Shown here piece by piece: positions 61,701-64,000 of a DNA stretch of 64,000 bases. Numbering within the stretch: position 1 is the stretch's first letter; every line of letters starts with the position of its first letter. Source of the stretch: Lepidodermella squamata. Lineage: Eukaryota > Animalia > Gastrotricha. Under the pieces are notes generated by a model that saw only the letters and a program-made list of their open reading frames with translations, made no database searches and was not told the origin of the DNA. Where the stretch lies: the NCBI GenBank assembly GCA_047495785.1, contig JBLDXI010000001.1:3720001-3784000 (forward strand), given 5' to 3'. Position numbers and translations under genes: made by a program.

Positions 61701-62963
61701 GGCTCCAAGTGTTCGATTTCCAAACAGGATTCCAACAGTTGCTCCTTATATTAAGAGTTAAAGCCGCGCCTAATTGATTTGACCTATGGTGTTTCAACTA
61801 CTGTAAATCCTTCTACACTTGGCGACTCTTCCACACTTGCATTTTAGCTGCTCGCAATGAAGAAGTCACCTTCATAAAATAGCGAATTTTTGAGAAGTTT
61901 CATATAGCGTATTATAGCGTCGATAAGGTCTACTATCCATACGAGGGGCCTATTTTCCCGTAGATCAGATTTGATTGATTTACCTGGATTTTTTGGGGAT
62001 TTTATTTGAAATGATTGATTTAAAATGGCTAAATATCAAAGCCTTTAATATCAATTTAAGACTTCAGAAATTTGAATTTGAATTTTGAAGTTGAAGTTGA
62101 AGTTATATATTCGGTTCTATGTCAATTGAGCAAACGAAAATTGAGCAACGAAAATAGAGCAAGGGCTTTTGAGCAACGATATTAGAGCAAACGAAATTAG
62201 AGCAAAACGACTTCTGAGCAAACGAAATTAGAGCAAAACGACTTTTGAGCAAAACGAGATTAGAGCAAAACGACACGAGAGCAAATTTAATAATTAATTG
62301 CAGCTGTTGTTTATTTTAAATAAAATTTGCTCTCGTGTCGTTTTGCTCTAATCTCGTTTTGCTCAAAAGTCGTTTTGCTCTAATTTCGTTTGCTCAGAAG
62401 TCGTTTTGCTCTAATTTCGTTTGCTCTAATATCGTTGCTCAAAAGCCCTTGCTCTATTTTCGTTGCTCAATTTTCGTTTGCTCAATTGACATAGAACCAT
62501 ATATTCGCGACGCTCAATTCCTCAATTCCTAAATTTCTGATGTTGAAAATTTCAAAAATGTTCAAAAAAATAATATTTCAAATTAAATAACATAACAGAA
62601 TACTCACGTGATAGCTTTCCAGTGTTTGTTTAGAGCCGGCGAGTTGACCAATTCCACGCGGAAAAACGCCGTTACCGGTATCATGAACGTTACAATGAAC
62701 AGCTGGCGCGAAAACGCGGCAAAATACGGCGAGACAACGCCCTTTGACATCAAGTACTTCGCTATGAAAGAATTCGACGAGTAAGCAAAGGCACATAGGA
62801 TGCACAACATCGCCCCAACAGCGGATTGGCGCGGCCGGGTCCATTCAGATAACTGGCGTCGGAAAGACGGCTTTTTCGTTGCTTCGATCACAACCGCGCA
62901 TTTTTCGTCGCTCAGCGATGCGAATTTCGTCTCGCCATCCGAGCCCTCTTTTTCCGATGACAT
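55758..62963 (-). CDS. SLC35G-like EamA/DMT transporter, copy A (4 exons: 62963-62608, 60656-60350, 58729-58362, 55866-55758)
   Basis: Splicing gives contiguous WKAIT|VRCSFG, ALFQ|AAILGARSCAG and VVIIR|AWVTDKIAQ...LAFTK*, all colinear with the paralogs. Introns are 1951, 1620 and 2495 nt. Confidence 0.83.
57984..58114. mobile_element. Short TA-flanked MITE
   Basis: TIRs TACTGTAAACGTAGTAATTTTCGCG and rc TACTGTAAACGTAGTTATTTTCGCG (one mismatch). Confidence 0.8.
59784..59804. repeat. Solo right TIR of the Sola1-like MITE family
   Basis: CTTTTGGCCGCGCCGACGACG followed by ATTT, nearly identical to 33110-33134. Confidence 0.6.
60748..61900 (+). mobile_element. Decayed Helitron Rep/PIF1 helicase fragment (intronic)
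   Basis: TLTAWFRYN; LNVNQRAIFD..FFLCPGGSVK (degenerate Walker A); GKICLATVSSGIAAILLEGGRGAHSRFAIP; ILAARNEEV. Frameshifts and deletions are present. Confidence 0.88.
62113..62498. mobile_element. Foldback-type MITE with long perfect TIRs
   Basis: About 175-bp mirror arms built from about 15-16-bp GAGCAAA(A)CGA units; GGTTC...GAACC ends; 8-bp direct repeat ATATATTC at 62105-62112 and 62499-62506. Confidence 0.92.
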
Positions 62964-63178
62964 GATTCCGCAAAAATGAACAAAAATATCAAGGTGCCAG
63001 AGCTACTGTGCGGGCCAATCTACTCATTCTCTACTCATTTAAATTAAATGTGTCCGTGTTTCTATTTTCGGAAAATTAAAGGTAGTGCAATTAGAAACAG
63101 AAATAAATTGATTCAGGTAATTTTTTAATAAAACGCAAACAAATAACAGCATTTGAGCCACGATTTGGTGAATAGAAT

Positions 63179-63836
63179 TTATTCCTGTTCTTTCAAAATC
63201 GGCCTCTTGCGTTCTGGAACGTAAGGAACAGCACCAGGTGTACTGTGAGCACGACGATTTCTCTCCCTGAAAAAATTGGGGAAAATGAAAAATCAAGATT
63301 TCACATTTGAAAATGACCCACTTTCTCTGCTGTGAATCGCGGATAATTTTGAGCTCTTTTTCTTGGGAGTAAATGTGCTTCGGAACGTGACGATGTTGAG
63401 CAATTTTGCGAACTTGGGGATGGCTACCAAACCGCTCCTTAAGCCTGTTCGAATAATCGATAGCCGCTTTTTCTCTCGGTTTCATCTAAAAATTAACTAT
63501 GAATTGTTTGGAAATTATAAATAGAAAAAACAAACCAAGCCAAGCTTTTCCGAGGCATTTGCCTTCCAAATGCGAATATTCATTTCATCAGACCCGGTTA
63601 GAATGTACTTTGAATCAGCTGACCAGAGAACAGAAATAACACGTTGCATGCGTTTCGTATGATAGATATCGCGACTACGGCCCTGCGAAACCGGGAAAAT
63701 CCGAACGGTCTTGTCATAACCGGCCGAAGCGAATTCTTGACCTGTCGGCGAGTAGTCGACGTCCATTACCGCTGAAATGTGGCCCATATGCACGTTCAAC
63801 GCCATGTCTAACCGACGCATGTCAAAGCTGTACAGG
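63179..63836 (-). CDS. DCAF13: DCAF13/Sof1 (WDSOF1), last three exons; the gene continues beyond the window
   Basis: HISAVMDVDYSPTGQEFASAGYDKTVRIF, YHTKRMQRV, GSDEMNIRIWKANASEKLG, and Sof1 tail PQVRKIAQHRHVPK...NRRAHSTPG. Introns of about 50 nt. Confidence 0.93.
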
Positions 63837-64000
63837 CTATAAAAGAGAAAATAATAATTAAAATTATGGAAACTTGGTTCTGGCTGAAGATATTCAAAAA
63901 TTCAAAAATTCTCAAAAAATCACGAATAAGTGAATATTTAAAAGTAAATGGTTTCGTTTTTTCAATTGAAGCAGCCTCAATGAGTTGAAATCCTTTGTCT

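Overview
This is eukaryotic, animal-like genomic DNA from a compact genome; most introns are GT-AG and about 47-53 nt long. From left to right the window holds an SLC6 transporter, tRNA-Val(CAC), a TTLL15-like ligase and a carotenoid-oxygenase-family gene with an unexpected signal peptide and GPI-like tail. Next come a peptide-type GPCR, tRNA-Asp(GTC) and two tandem intronless RlaP/YcgL-type Pol-beta nucleotidyltransferases (prokaryote/phage-type). These are followed by a secreted EGF/galaxin-like protein and two tandem giant secreted PAN/discoidin/LamG proteins with split F-type-lectin-like folds. The right end is a closely spaced minus-strand run, DCAF13 > 5 x SLC35G/EamA > mRpL24, whose kb-sized introns contain transposon debris and MITEs. 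The best candidates for undescribed biology are the RlaP pair beside a tRNA gene, the operon-like/trans-spliced organisation, the secreted carotenoid oxygenase, the nested lectin architecture and the intron pattern of the SLC35G array. All family calls come from motif recognition by eye; no database search was run.
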